Assembly: GCA_964401865.1 (NCBI GenBank)
Contig: CAYNZZ010000015.1
Location: 1 to 26,780 of the forward strand
From: an uncultured Erysipelotrichaceae bacterium
GTDB lineage: Bacteria > Bacillota_I > Bacilli_A > Erysipelotrichales > Erysipelotrichaceae
Reading direction: 5' to 3'
Length of the DNA: 26,780 nt
Positions 1-8,866 of this stretch are shown here, piece by piece. Both the position numbers and the translations under genes were made by a program. Positions within the stretch are counted from its first letter, which is position 1. Each line of letters begins with the position of its first letter. The notes under the pieces are model-generated. The model did not search any database. It was given only the letters and a program-made list of their open reading frames with translations, and was not told the origin of the DNA.

Positions 1-44
1 ACGATTTCGAGTCGTTCTCGTTATGACCACTTCGATACCACTCC
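1..44 (-). tRNA. tRNA-Ser(CGA), 5' portion only (continues beyond the left window edge)
   Basis: The reverse complement of 1-44 reads GGAGTGG-TA-TCG-AAGTGGTCATAA-CGA-G-AACGA-CTCGAAA-TCGT. That gives a 7-nt acceptor strand, U8/A9, and a 3-bp D stem with a long GG-containing D loop (class II tRNA style). It also gives a 5-bp anticodon stem and a 7-nt loop C-U-CGA-A-A with U33 and purine 37. The variable arm, T arm and 3' end are outside the window. Confidence 0.6.
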
Positions 45-73
45 CCAACCAAGACATTTTATCACAATCTAGC

Positions 74-1243
74 TTAAACAAGTATCTTTTTTAAGCGATT
101 GATTAGAATTTGGATATTTTCTTTAGAAGTGGCTAGATTGATTCTGACCCATGAAGAATAATTATCACCAAAAATCGATCCATCATTGACTAAGATATGA
201 GCTTTTTCTAGTAAGAAATCACTAGCTTTTATATTGTTGATATATTTAGAAAAATCAACAAACAAGAGATAGGTAGCTTCCAATGGAATGATATCTAACT
301 TATCTTTTAACTCATTTTTAAATAAAAGGTAGTTTTCGTATATTTGTCTTCTTATTGCATTAAGCCATGTATCATCGTTTTTATATACATAGTATGATGG
401 TAATGTTGAATATATCTTTTCCCTAAAACCATGAGCAATCTGATACTCTTTGAAAGCATTTTGAATGTCTTTATTCTTGGTTATGAGCATAGCCTGAGCA
501 AGACCGGATAGATTATATGGCTTAGCGATAGAATGTAAGGTGATGATTAAATCACTCATTTTCAATTCTTCAGCGACTTTTAAGACGGAGATACCAACAT
601 TATTATTTAAAACGATATCTAGATGAACTTCATCGGCAATTAGATAGACATGGTACTTTTGACACAAAAGGATTAATTTTTTTATTTCGTCATATTTCCA
701 CAATCTGCCAATCGGGTTAGATGGTGAACAAAGAATAATCGCTTTAATTTGATTTTCAATAATTTGATTTTCAATATCAATGTAGTCTAAATAAAAATAC
801 GTGTCTTTAAAAATTAGATTAGAAGTATATACTTTTCGCTTAGTATTAGTGATGACTTCTTTGAATCGATGATAGACTGGTGCAAAATTTAATATAGCAT
901 CGTCTTGATTAAAGAAAGAATAAAGCAAACGGTATAAACCATCCATAGCTCCATCAACTAAAAATATATCGTTTTGACAAAGTGAAACTTCTCTGTGTTT
1001 TTGATACCATGATATGAAAACATCATAAAAATCATCAGGCAGAGCCTCATAACCATATATTCCGTAAGACATCTTATCTTTTAATTGTGCGATGATTTTA
1101 TCATCGGTTAAAAAGTCCATATCAGCAATGTTTAATGGTAATAAATCATCATAAGGATAATTTTTAAAGCTTAAATCCCATTTGATTGAGTTACTGTTTC
1201 TTCTGTCTTTATATATAGGATATTTAATACTATTGTTCATCAT
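74..1243 (-). CDS. PLP-dependent aminotransferase class I/II, MalY/PatB-type C-S lyase (cystathionine beta-lyase-like)
   Basis: 389-aa ORF. The motif SIAKPYNLSGL fits the PLP-lysine motif (SxxK...G) of fold-type I aminotransferases. Length and the N-terminal 'KWD...LPLNIADMDF' pattern are typical of PatB/MalY. The start overlaps the upstream gene's stop by 14 nt. Confidence 0.85.
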   Translation of the reverse strand: MMNNSIKYPIYKDRRNSNSIKWDLSFKNYPYDDLLPLNIADMDFLTDDKIIAQLKDKMSYGIYGYEALPDDFYDVFISWYQKHREVSLCQNDIFLVDGAMDGLYRLLYSFFNQDDAILNFAPVYHRFKEVITNTKRKVYTSNLIFKDTYFYLDYIDIENQIIENQIKAIILCSPSNPIGRLWKYDEIKKLILLCQKYHVYLIADEVHLDIVLNNNVGISVLKVAEELKMSDLIITLHSIAKPYNLSGLAQAMLITKNKDIQNAFKEYQIAHGFREKIYSTLPSYYVYKNDDTWLNAIRRQIYENYLLFKNELKDKLDIIPLEATYLLFVDFSKYINNIKASDFLLEKAHILVNDGSIFGDNYSSWVRINLATSKENIQILINRLKKILV

Positions 1244-2303
1244 TCACCTGCATTATCTCACCAATCGTTTGATTGGCGATTTCTTCATTTTTTAGATTTG
1301 CGATTATTTTTTTAGAGAATTCAATAGCATGTCCCATTGACTTGGCAGTAATCATATTATCTTTTTGATACACATAAGATTTAGCGGGATGCTTATCATT
1401 TTCAAACCCTGGGAATACTGTAAATTCATTATCATTAAGCAGACCTTTAGATATCAAGATATTTGGAGCTGCACAAATAGCCGCAATAAGTTTCTTTTTT
1501 TGATAAAAATCATCAATCCATTCATTAACTATTACATGGTTTTTGAGGTTTATAGTCCCCGGCATACCGCCCGGTAAGATAATAGTTGAATAATCATCTT
1601 TATTTGCTTCTTTGATGGTCTTTTTACAAATGTAGTTAACACCGTGGCTAGATGTTACGTATTTTGTTTCATTGATTGATATTAATTCTACAGTGATGTT
1701 GGCTCTCGATAATAAATCGTAGGGAATTAGAGCTTCGGATTCTTCTGTGCCATCAGCATTTAAAATTGCGACTTTCAGTTCGTTTCTTCTTTTGATGAAT
1801 CGTGCGTATTTGCTGATTAAATTTTCTATGAAAGTTATATGATATTTTTTTAATAAATCTAAAAATTCATTGATTCCTTCATATCTATGGTCATATAATT
1901 CATATTCGATTTCATAATCAATATGACCGAGATATTCAGATTGATCTAAAGCTAATTCGCCATATTGCATCTTATAAATGAGTCTTTTGTTTTTAAGGAT
2001 GCCAATAGGTCTTGGATTTTCCTGATGAAATCTAGACAATACCTCTTTTACACTCTTATTATCTAAGCTTATTTCATCTAATTGCATTTCATATTCAACA
2101 TAATTGTTATTTTCATCCTTGACTTTCATTGTAAAAATGTTTGTATCGTTAACTGTTCTTATTCTTATGCCGATATTTTTGTCGTTTGATGAGTAATAAT
2201 AGTTAGTTTGATGGACTTCCTCGTAGTTAAAAGCTTTAGTTAAGGCAAGATATTCTTCTCTGCTGAGTAAAACTGCGTACTCTTTTTCAATATTTGTTTT
2301 CAT
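1230..2303 (-). CDS. Two-domain fusion: N-terminal CYTH (YjbK-like triphosphate tunnel) domain + C-terminal DJ-1/PfpI (ThiJ/YajL-like) domain
   Basis: 357-aa ORF. Residues 1 to about 175 carry alternating charged beta-strand motifs (NIEKEYAVLL..., IRIRT, FTMKVK, DYEIEYEL) as in YjbK-type CYTH proteins. From about residue 176 onward the sequence is KVAILNADGTEESEALIPYDLL...ILPGGMPG...LIAAICAAPNIL, the DJ-1 family pattern including the nucleophile-elbow Cys. Confidence 0.8.
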   Translation of the reverse strand: MKTNIEKEYAVLLSREEYLALTKAFNYEEVHQTNYYYSSNDKNIGIRIRTVNDTNIFTMKVKDENNNYVEYEMQLDEISLDNKSVKEVLSRFHQENPRPIGILKNKRLIYKMQYGELALDQSEYLGHIDYEIEYELYDHRYEGINEFLDLLKKYHITFIENLISKYARFIKRRNELKVAILNADGTEESEALIPYDLLSRANITVELISINETKYVTSSHGVNYICKKTIKEANKDDYSTIILPGGMPGTINLKNHVIVNEWIDDFYQKKKLIAAICAAPNILISKGLLNDNEFTVFPGFENDKHPAKSYVYQKDNMITAKSMGHAIEFSKKIIANLKNEEIANQTIGEIMQVNDEQ

Positions 2304-2364
2304 GACTTAATTATATCTTAAATTGTATTCAAGTTTTGATAATGGTAAAATAAACTTATATTTT

Positions 2365-3903
2365 ATGAAAAGATGGACTTTAATATATGAAAATTTAAAA
2401 TTGCCGATTCGTATCACTTATTTTGGCTTTGTTATGATTGCCATCGGATCGTTAATATTAAATGAAAATGTAAATATTTTTTATACTTTTACTAGTCCTT
2501 TTATATTGTCGTTAGCTAATTTATTATTACAAATTGGACAGACAGTTATTAAAGCTTTACCCTTATTTTTTCTAAGCAATTTGGTAGCTAAAAAGGCAAA
2601 TAGTGGAGTTCCTATTACAATGGCGGTTATCGGCTACTTGACTTTTTTAGTGGTAACGATGCTATTTTCGACTAACTCAACAATGTCAAGCTTGGCTTAT
2701 GCGAATGATATTGGTATTTCCTTCAGTTCTGGTAATGTGACATATTATCCACTACACACAGGATTACTAGGGGCTTTTTTGGTGGCGTTTGTAACTAGAT
2801 ATTCATACATCAGGTCACGAAATCGCAGCAATTCATCATTCCTTGGCTTCGTCAATAAAGATACAGCTGCCATTATCTATAATATTTTGTTGTGTGGATT
2901 GTTGGGATTTTTGGTTACACTCGTATATCCTTTCTGTTATGCAATCGTACAAGATGTGATTGTTTATGTGGCAAGAGATTTATCCGATCCAATTAGAATA
3001 GGCATTTATGGGGTCGCTGATCGTGTGATGTCAATATTTGGCTTGGGTGATATGATTAGAGAACCTTTCTGGTATTCGAGTCAGGGTGGTTCTTACATAA
3101 CCCTTTCCGGGCAAAATGTGGTTGGAGATGTCAATATATGGCGTTTCATGCAAGAAGCTAATGCGACATATGCGGGATGCGGACGTTTTATTACTCCGTA
3201 TTATGCAATCAATTTCTTTGTAATTCCCGCTATTTATCTCGGCATGTTTTTTAGCATTAGTGATAAAAAAGAAAAGAAAAGAAGCATTTTATTTTTTGTT
3301 TTGGCAATAGTGATATCGGTTTTATATGGCAATCCGTTACCTTTGGAATTATTGCTATTATTTACATCGCCATTATTATTATGTTTTTACTTATTTGTAG
3401 TATTGGTTCTATTTTATATATTCTCGTCATTGAACATCTTTTTAGGCTTTATATATTCTGGTTCAACTATTGTAGCGATGCCTGGTTCTTTTCCGGATTA
3501 CATTATTCAACTTAGAGATCCAATTTTATTTGATTCCGTTTTAGGCATCTTTATTGTTGGGGTAATTGCTTTTGTGATATGTTTCATTGCGACAAAACTA
3601 TACTATGGTAAATTTGCGTATAATTTATTGAATACCAATAAAGTTAATGATTTGATTGAAAACCTTTCTTTATCGGTTGGTGGTTTAGATAATATCACGC
3701 AAGTAACTTGTGGATTGTTCAGGGTTAAATTAGAGCTAGCAAATTTAGAAGCAGTTTCTTTTGCGAAATTGAGCAAGTTGGGTGCAAGTAGAATTACTGA
3801 AATAAAAGAAGGATTGATGATTGAATTTGGTTCATCAAGCCCTGTTATTGCTAAAGCATTGAACAAAGAGATTCAACGTTTTAAGCGTGAGATAGATAAT
3901 TGA
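2365..3903 (+). CDS. PTS EIIC-like polytopic membrane protein with C-terminal EIIB(Glc-type)-like domain (divergent)
   Basis: Many predicted TM helices. The C-terminal about 85 aa read GGLDNITQVTCGLFRVKLEL, which resembles the EIIB signature GGxxNIxxxxxC(A)TRLR with the Cys retained. The start was moved from the TTG at 2323 to the first ATG (MKRW...) at 2365. The EIIC GITEP-type motif was not found. Confidence 0.6.
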   Translation: MKRWTLIYENLKLPIRITYFGFVMIAIGSLILNENVNIFYTFTSPFILSLANLLLQIGQTVIKALPLFFLSNLVAKKANSGVPITMAVIGYLTFLVVTMLFSTNSTMSSLAYANDIGISFSSGNVTYYPLHTGLLGAFLVAFVTRYSYIRSRNRSNSSFLGFVNKDTAAIIYNILLCGLLGFLVTLVYPFCYAIVQDVIVYVARDLSDPIRIGIYGVADRVMSIFGLGDMIREPFWYSSQGGSYITLSGQNVVGDVNIWRFMQEANATYAGCGRFITPYYAINFFVIPAIYLGMFFSISDKKEKKRSILFFVLAIVISVLYGNPLPLELLLLFTSPLLLCFYLFVVLVLFYIFSSLNIFLGFIYSGSTIVAMPGSFPDYIIQLRDPILFDSVLGIFIVGVIAFVICFIATKLYYGKFAYNLLNTNKVNDLIENLSLSVGGLDNITQVTCGLFRVKLELANLEAVSFAKLSKLGASRITEIKEGLMIEFGSSSPVIAKALNKEIQRFKREIDN

Positions 3904-3916
3904 TTAAATAATCAGA

Positions 3917-4105
3917 ATGCGATTAATTGAGGTTAAAACTACATTAAACAGAGTTAAATACGGCGATGGCTGGTATGGCATTGATTATAATATGAACTTA
4001 ATAGATAATGTTGATTTAGTCAGAAGGAAAGAAAATGCTTTATTAATTTTAGAACAAGAATTATCAAAAAAAAAATATCGAGCTAAATGTATGTGTATCT
4101 TCTAA
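3917..4105 (+). pseudogene. Remnant of a COG1533/SPL-type radical SAM protein (cluster motif deleted, truncated)
   Basis: The 62-aa ORF MRLIEVKTTLNRVKYGDGWYGIDYNMNL|IDNVDLVRRKENALLILEQELSKKK matches the N-terminus of this family as I remember it (...DYNMNLYRGCxHGCIYCDSRSxCY...F.DI.VKENA.ELLE..L..KRKK...). The YRGCxxxCxxC segment is missing and the ORF stops after about 60 aa. No credible ORF follows for about 270 bp. Confidence 0.5.
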
Positions 4106-4373
4106 GAGATTAAAGGTGATTAAATTATTAAGTGATAATGGAATATTTTAGGTATTATGTTGAATCCCGTTTTGATAAGTTAGATAAATATTTTTCTTAA
4201 CTTAAAGAAAGATATATTGAGTATTCTAAATAAAAGAAAAATTGATTCGAGTGTAAATACCGCAATAGAAAACCATAATGAAATATATTTCACTTTATTG
4301 ATATTTGTTTTTGTGGCTATCGGAGTATCTGAATTGCTTCTTGGATAATTGCCTGTAATATAGATTTTTATAC

Positions 4374-4403
4374 TGTACAATAATTAGATATTTTTGATAT
4401 AAT
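4374..4403 (+). promoter_or_regulatory. Putative sigma-A promoter of rpsF-ssb-rpsR (extended -10)
   Basis: TGaTATAAT lies at 4395-4403 (TATAAT 4398-4403). A weak -35-like TGTACA lies at 4374-4379. The element is about 70 nt upstream of the rpsF start. Confidence 0.55.
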
Positions 4404-4473
4404 ACTAAGGCGAATAGAGAAAATGCTATTCCTTGTCTTGAAAAAGACCAATAGACCAAAAGGAGGTAAAATA

Positions 4474-4773
4474 ATGAAACAATACGAAACTATGTATATC
4501 GTTAAGTCTTCATTAGATGATGCAAGCCGCACACAATTAATTAGTGATATGCATGCAATTATCACTAATCATGGTGGTAGCATCGATAATGTTGATGAAT
4601 GGGGAATGCGTGATTTTGCATACCGTATCGACGATATGACAAAGGGTTATTATGTAGTTGTAACCTTTACAGCAAGCGTTGAAGGATTGAATGAGTTTAC
4701 TCGTTTAATGGGTATCAATGCCAATGTTGTTCGTTTAATGACAATCTGCACAGACGAAAAAAAGAGTAAATAG
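4474..4773 (+). CDS. rpsF: 30S ribosomal protein S6
   Basis: MKQYETMYIVKSSLDD... is a typical S6 N-terminus. The RBS AAAGGAGG lies 6-8 nt upstream of the ATG at 4474. The longer ORF-track start at 4423 lacks an RBS. Confidence 0.95.
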   Translation: MKQYETMYIVKSSLDDASRTQLISDMHAIITNHGGSIDNVDEWGMRDFAYRIDDMTKGYYVVVTFTASVEGLNEFTRLMGINANVVRLMTICTDEKKSK

Positions 4774-4775
4774 TT

Positions 4776-5246
4776 ATGATCAATAAAGTTATATTGGTCG
4801 GAAGACTTACAAAAGACGTGGAGTTAAGAAGAACTAGTTCGAATAACTCAGTTGTAACTTTTACAGTAGCATGTAATCGTCGCTTTACAAATTCACAAAA
4901 CAATAACCAACCAACTGCTGATTTTATTAGCTGTGTAGCCTGGAATCAAACTGCTGATTTCTTGGCTAAGTATGCCAGCAAAGGTAGTTTGGTAGGTGTT
5001 GAAGGCAGAATTACAACTCGTAATTACGAGGGACAAAATGGTCGAGTATATGTTACAGAAGTTACTTGCGAAAATGTTCAGCTTTTAGGTTCTAAGAGCG
5101 AGAACAGAAGCGATGGTACAAAATCAAATCAAACTTTTACACCAAGCGCTAGCAGTAATCAATCATTCGATAATAACGATTTCGATGATGATTTTGCTAA
5201 TACGCCATCACTTGATATTTCTAGTGATGACTTACCATTTTATTAA
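4776..5246 (+). CDS. ssb: Single-stranded DNA-binding protein
   Basis: [18 protein letters not shown]... is an OB-fold N-terminus. It is followed by a low-complexity linker and an acidic C-terminal tip SSDDLPFY. The rpsF-ssb-rpsR order is canonical. Confidence 0.95.
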   Translation: MINKVILVGRLTKDVELRRTSSNNSVVTFTVACNRRFTNSQNNNQPTADFISCVAWNQTADFLAKYASKGSLVGVEGRITTRNYEGQNGRVYVTEVTCENVQLLGSKSENRSDGTKSNQTFTPSASSNQSFDNNDFDDDFANTPSLDISSDDLPFY

Positions 5247-5263
5247 TAGAAAGGAATGTAATT

Positions 5264-5494
5264 ATGGCTTTCAGAAAACAAAGAGTTGGAATTAAGAAAG
5301 TATGCTATTTTACAAAGAATAAAATTACCTATATCGATTATAAGGATGTTGAATTACTAAAGAAATTTATTTCTGCCAATGGTAAAATTACTCCTAGACG
5401 CGTTACAGGTACAAGTGCTAAATATCAAAGGATGTTGGCAACTGCTATTAAAAGAGCACGCCAAATGGCATTATTACCTTATATTCAAGACTAA
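5264..5494 (+). CDS. rpsR: 30S ribosomal protein S18
   Basis: The sequence [46 protein letters not shown] is the S18 signature. Confidence 0.95.
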   Translation: MAFRKQRVGIKKVCYFTKNKITYIDYKDVELLKKFISANGKITPRRVTGTSAKYQRMLATAIKRARQMALLPYIQD

Positions 5495-5500
5495 TTTAAT

Positions 5501-5536
5501 AAGCCTCCATCATTTGATGGAGGCTTTATGTTTTTA
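5501..5536 (+). terminator. Rho-independent terminator after rpsR
   Basis: The stem AAGCCTCCATC (5501-5511) pairs with GATGGAGGCTT (5516-5526) across a 4-nt loop. It is followed by TATGTTTTT. Confidence 0.85.
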
Positions 5537-5546
5537 GGATAAGATT

Positions 5547-6476
5547 ATGAAAAATACAAAAAAACTAACAATGGGATCAATGCTTCTGGCTATACTAGGA
5601 GCTATTATGGTCATTAATAGATTGTTTGCGTTCGCTTTTGATGAATTGATTTTTTTAGTTGCTGCTGAAATTATCATCATTTATGGAGCGATGTACACAG
5701 TTAAAGATGCCTTGATTTTATCATTTGGGGCAATAGTTATTACACTTTTATTGGGTGGAATATTCTCTTATATCTATCTTCCTTTAGGTATTATCGCCGG
5801 TCTTACCTATGCCTATGGTATCAGCAAAGATTTTGATCGAAGTCGATTGTTGCTCATGGAAATTTTAATACTGGTTTTGGGCGAAGTGCTGATAATGATG
5901 GTAGTTCTTCCGATTTTTGGCTACAGTCTTTTTGAAGAAGTAGCAATAGTTACTAATTCAATGAAAGATGTATTCGCACAAGCAGGAGTTTTAGGATTAG
6001 TGGAAGATTTCTTAAATAATATAGCAGTGGTCGCTTTTGTGATCTCGCTGGTTCTAACAGGCGTGCTTGAAGGCGCACTGATACATTTATTATCAATCTA
6101 CCTATTAAAACGATTAAAGATAAAGAATATAAAGATTATGGTTTTATATTCACTTAAAATATCGCCAGTTCTTACATATATTGCGATGGCTATGGTATTT
6201 GCTTTGTTTGCACTTCCGTATGTTAAGACAAATGAATTTATGCAATATTTATGTATTACTATTGGCATATTAGGTGGAACGGTGCTGGTATTCATTGGCT
6301 ACATCTTTTTCATTGTTTATGGTAGTATTGTCTTAGGTAAAAATATTAGTTTTTATCTAATATTGATAAGTTTTTTATTCTTTCCGTATTCAATTGTTTT
6401 ATTGTTGATTTTTGGATTTTTATACGGAAGTGGTCCACTTAGAAAATATATCGAAAGGAAAAGTCAAGGCAAATGA
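5547..6476 (+). CDS. yybS: YybS-like polytopic membrane protein (DUF2232 family)
   Basis: 309-aa multi-TM protein immediately upstream of, and overlapping (ATGA), gdpP. This is the same position as B. subtilis yybS in yybS-yybT(gdpP)-rplI-dnaC. Confidence 0.7.
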   Translation: MKNTKKLTMGSMLLAILGAIMVINRLFAFAFDELIFLVAAEIIIIYGAMYTVKDALILSFGAIVITLLLGGIFSYIYLPLGIIAGLTYAYGISKDFDRSRLLLMEILILVLGEVLIMMVVLPIFGYSLFEEVAIVTNSMKDVFAQAGVLGLVEDFLNNIAVVAFVISLVLTGVLEGALIHLLSIYLLKRLKIKNIKIMVLYSLKISPVLTYIAMAMVFALFALPYVKTNEFMQYLCITIGILGGTVLVFIGYIFFIVYGSIVLGKNISFYLILISFLFFPYSIVLLLIFGFLYGSGPLRKYIERKSQGK

Positions 6477-8440
6477 GAAAGCTGAAACAAGTAAGATTAT
6501 TAGCTGCGATTGTTAGCGTTGCGCTATTATTGGGGATGTTATTTCTATCTCTTGTTTTAAAGATGGATGTTTTGATTGCAGCGACAGTCTATTTGATAAT
6601 GCTTATTGCTTTGGGGATAACGATTTATTCTTTTGACAAGATTCGTTTAGAAACAAGTGAAAAAATAGAGGCCAATTTAGACGCTGGAAGCAAAGAAGCG
6701 CTTAAATTCGCCGATGTAGGTGTACTTGTATATAATGAGGAATTTGTCATTACATGGATGTCATCACTTTTTAATGAAAGATCAATGGATCATTCAAATG
6801 AAAAACTTTTGACATGGTTGCCTGAACTTTTAGAACTGTTAAAGGGAGAAGTAGATCATGTCACTGTAAAGATAAATGAGGAAACATACGAAGTTAGAAA
6901 ACCTCGTAATGCTTCGGTTTTATATTTTAAAGATGTCTCCAAAGAAAGTGATTTAGAGGATAAGTTAGAAAGAAGTCAGCTTGTTATCGGTTATGTTAAT
7001 TTTGATAACTATGATGAAACAGCGGAAGTTGAGGGTGATATTTCTTATGTTAATTTCAACATTAAGGTTCCGGTATTTGAATATTTTAAGCATCATAATA
7101 TCATTTATAAGTCTTTATATAACGATCGCTTACTTTTGGTGTTGGACGAAAAGAAATATGAGGAACTTAGAAAAGACCGTTTCAGCATTATTAATTTAGT
7201 CCGTAAGGAAGCTAAGAAAGCAGGCTTTGATATAACTTTGTCGATGTCTTTTGCCAGAGGTGATGTGAGTAGTGATGAACTTGATGAAATGGCGATGTCG
7301 TTAATCGAATTAGCGCAAACCAGAGGCGGTGACCAAGTTGTAGTCAGAAAAAGTGGCGAAGAAGTAGTATTCTTTGGTGGTTCGAGTGAAGCTAGAGAAA
7401 AACAATCTAAGGTTCGTGTTCGAGTAATATCTAATACGATACGAGATTTGATACATAAGAGTTCAAATGTTATCGTTGTTGGGCATCAGGATATGGATGC
7501 CGATTGTGTTGGTTCGGCTTTGTGTATGTCCTCAATCGTTAAAAGCCACGGTAAAGAAGTGGCAATCATTGGTAAAACCGGTGGTATTGAACCGATGATA
7601 CAGGATGTTTTGACACACTTTAAGGATGATATTGAACAAAATTATGATTTTGTAACCGAAAGTGAAGCGATTAATCGCTTGAATGATGATAGTTTGGTAA
7701 TCATGGTCGATCACCATAGTGCCAGCCAATCGAATGGTTCCAATTTATTAAAGGCAGCCAAAAGAGTTGTCATAATTGATCATCATCGAAGAAGTGCTGA
7801 TTTAGATACTACTCCATTATTGGTATATATTGAAGCGAGCGCTAGTTCAACTTGTGAATTAACTGTTGAGTTTTTGCCATATTTATTAAGAAGAACAACT
7901 ATTACGCCGAATATCGCTAATATCATGTATTTAGGTCTGGTTATTGATACTAATCACTTCAGAGTAAGAACCGGAGCCAGGACTTTTGATGTCGCAAGAA
8001 TATTAAGGCAATATGGCGCCGATCCAGTAGTTTGTGAGGAGCTGTCACAAGAACCATTTGAAATGGTAAAAAGAAGAAGTCGTCTAATCAATGGTGCAGA
8101 AAGATATTTGAATCGATTTGCGATAAGTGCGATGGATGATGATGTTTATCCGAGGTCGATTATTGCTCAGGCAGCAGATCAGATGTTGCAGATTAAAGAG
8201 ATTGATGCTTCATTTGTGGTTACTCGCGTTTCAAGAGATGAAGTTGCTATATCTGCTCGCTCAAAGAATAGTTTTAATGTCCAAGTCATCATGGAAAAAA
8301 TGCATGGTGGTGGGCATATGACCGGTGCAGGCGTACAAAGAAAAGACGAAAGCGTTGATTCGCTTAAAAATGAATTGATGAAAGTGTTAAAAGATACTAT
8401 TACAAAGGAGAATGAAGATGAAAGTAATTCTGTTGAATGA
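6473..8440 (+). CDS. gdpP: Cyclic-di-AMP phosphodiesterase GdpP (2 TM + PAS-like + degenerate GGDEF + DHH/DHHA1)
   Basis: It has two N-terminal TM helices. DHH-family motifs are present: GHQDMDADCVGSA, IIDHHRR, and DHHA1 GGGH (MHGGGHMTGAG). The 655-aa length and synteny with rplI/dnaB fit GdpP. Confidence 0.9.
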   Translation: MRKLKQVRLLAAIVSVALLLGMLFLSLVLKMDVLIAATVYLIMLIALGITIYSFDKIRLETSEKIEANLDAGSKEALKFADVGVLVYNEEFVITWMSSLFNERSMDHSNEKLLTWLPELLELLKGEVDHVTVKINEETYEVRKPRNASVLYFKDVSKESDLEDKLERSQLVIGYVNFDNYDETAEVEGDISYVNFNIKVPVFEYFKHHNIIYKSLYNDRLLLVLDEKKYEELRKDRFSIINLVRKEAKKAGFDITLSMSFARGDVSSDELDEMAMSLIELAQTRGGDQVVVRKSGEEVVFFGGSSEAREKQSKVRVRVISNTIRDLIHKSSNVIVVGHQDMDADCVGSALCMSSIVKSHGKEVAIIGKTGGIEPMIQDVLTHFKDDIEQNYDFVTESEAINRLNDDSLVIMVDHHSASQSNGSNLLKAAKRVVIIDHHRRSADLDTTPLLVYIEASASSTCELTVEFLPYLLRRTTITPNIANIMYLGLVIDTNHFRVRTGARTFDVARILRQYGADPVVCEELSQEPFEMVKRRSRLINGAERYLNRFAISAMDDDVYPRSIIAQAADQMLQIKEIDASFVVTRVSRDEVAISARSKNSFNVQVIMEKMHGGGHMTGAGVQRKDESVDSLKNELMKVLKDTITKENEDESNSVE

Positions 8441-8858
8441 TGTTAAAAAAGTAGGAAAAAAAGGTGAAGTAGTAGAAGTTTCTGATGGGTATGGCAGAAA
8501 TTTCTTAATTGCTAGAAAATTGGCGGTTGTTGCCAGCGATAAAGGAGTTCAAGTTTTAAATGAACAGAAGAAAGAAGAAAATTTACGCCAAGAAGAATTA
8601 AGAAAACAGGCTTTAGAACTTAAACAGGCTTTAGAGAATGAAGAGTTTATTTTTAAGGTGAATTCTAAAAATGGAAAAGTATTTAATTCAATTTCAACTA
8701 AACATTTACAAGAAGCTCTTAAGGCTAAAGGCTATACGATTGATAAGCGCAAGATTATCGACAATGAGCCTATTACAAGTCTAGGCTACAGTAATATTAA
8801 AGTTGAATTATACAAAGATGTTATCGGAACAATTAAAGTAAAATTAGTAGAAGAATAG
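8418..8858 (+). CDS. rplI: 50S ribosomal protein L9
   Basis: MKVILLNDVKKVGKKGEVVEVSDGYGRNFLI is the canonical L9 N-terminus. AAGGAG at 8405-8410 favours the ATG at 8418 over the one at 8412. Confidence 0.93.
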   Translation: MKVILLNDVKKVGKKGEVVEVSDGYGRNFLIARKLAVVASDKGVQVLNEQKKEENLRQEELRKQALELKQALENEEFIFKVNSKNGKVFNSISTKHLQEALKAKGYTIDKRKIIDNEPITSLGYSNIKVELYKDVIGTIKVKLVEE

Positions 8859-8866
8859 AGAAATAA

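Noticed and set aside
45-73. Possible terminator or additional RNA between the aminotransferase stop and the tRNA.
   Set aside because: No convincing stem-loop is present. The segment is only 29 nt and is best read as a spacer before the tRNA-Ser 5' end.
4180-4565. Two minus-strand ORFs (4180-4380 and 4368-4565) in the region upstream of rpsF.
   Set aside because: They are TTG-initiated or lack an RBS. The second runs antisense through the rpsF promoter, RBS and 5' coding region. The sequence looks like decayed intergenic DNA.
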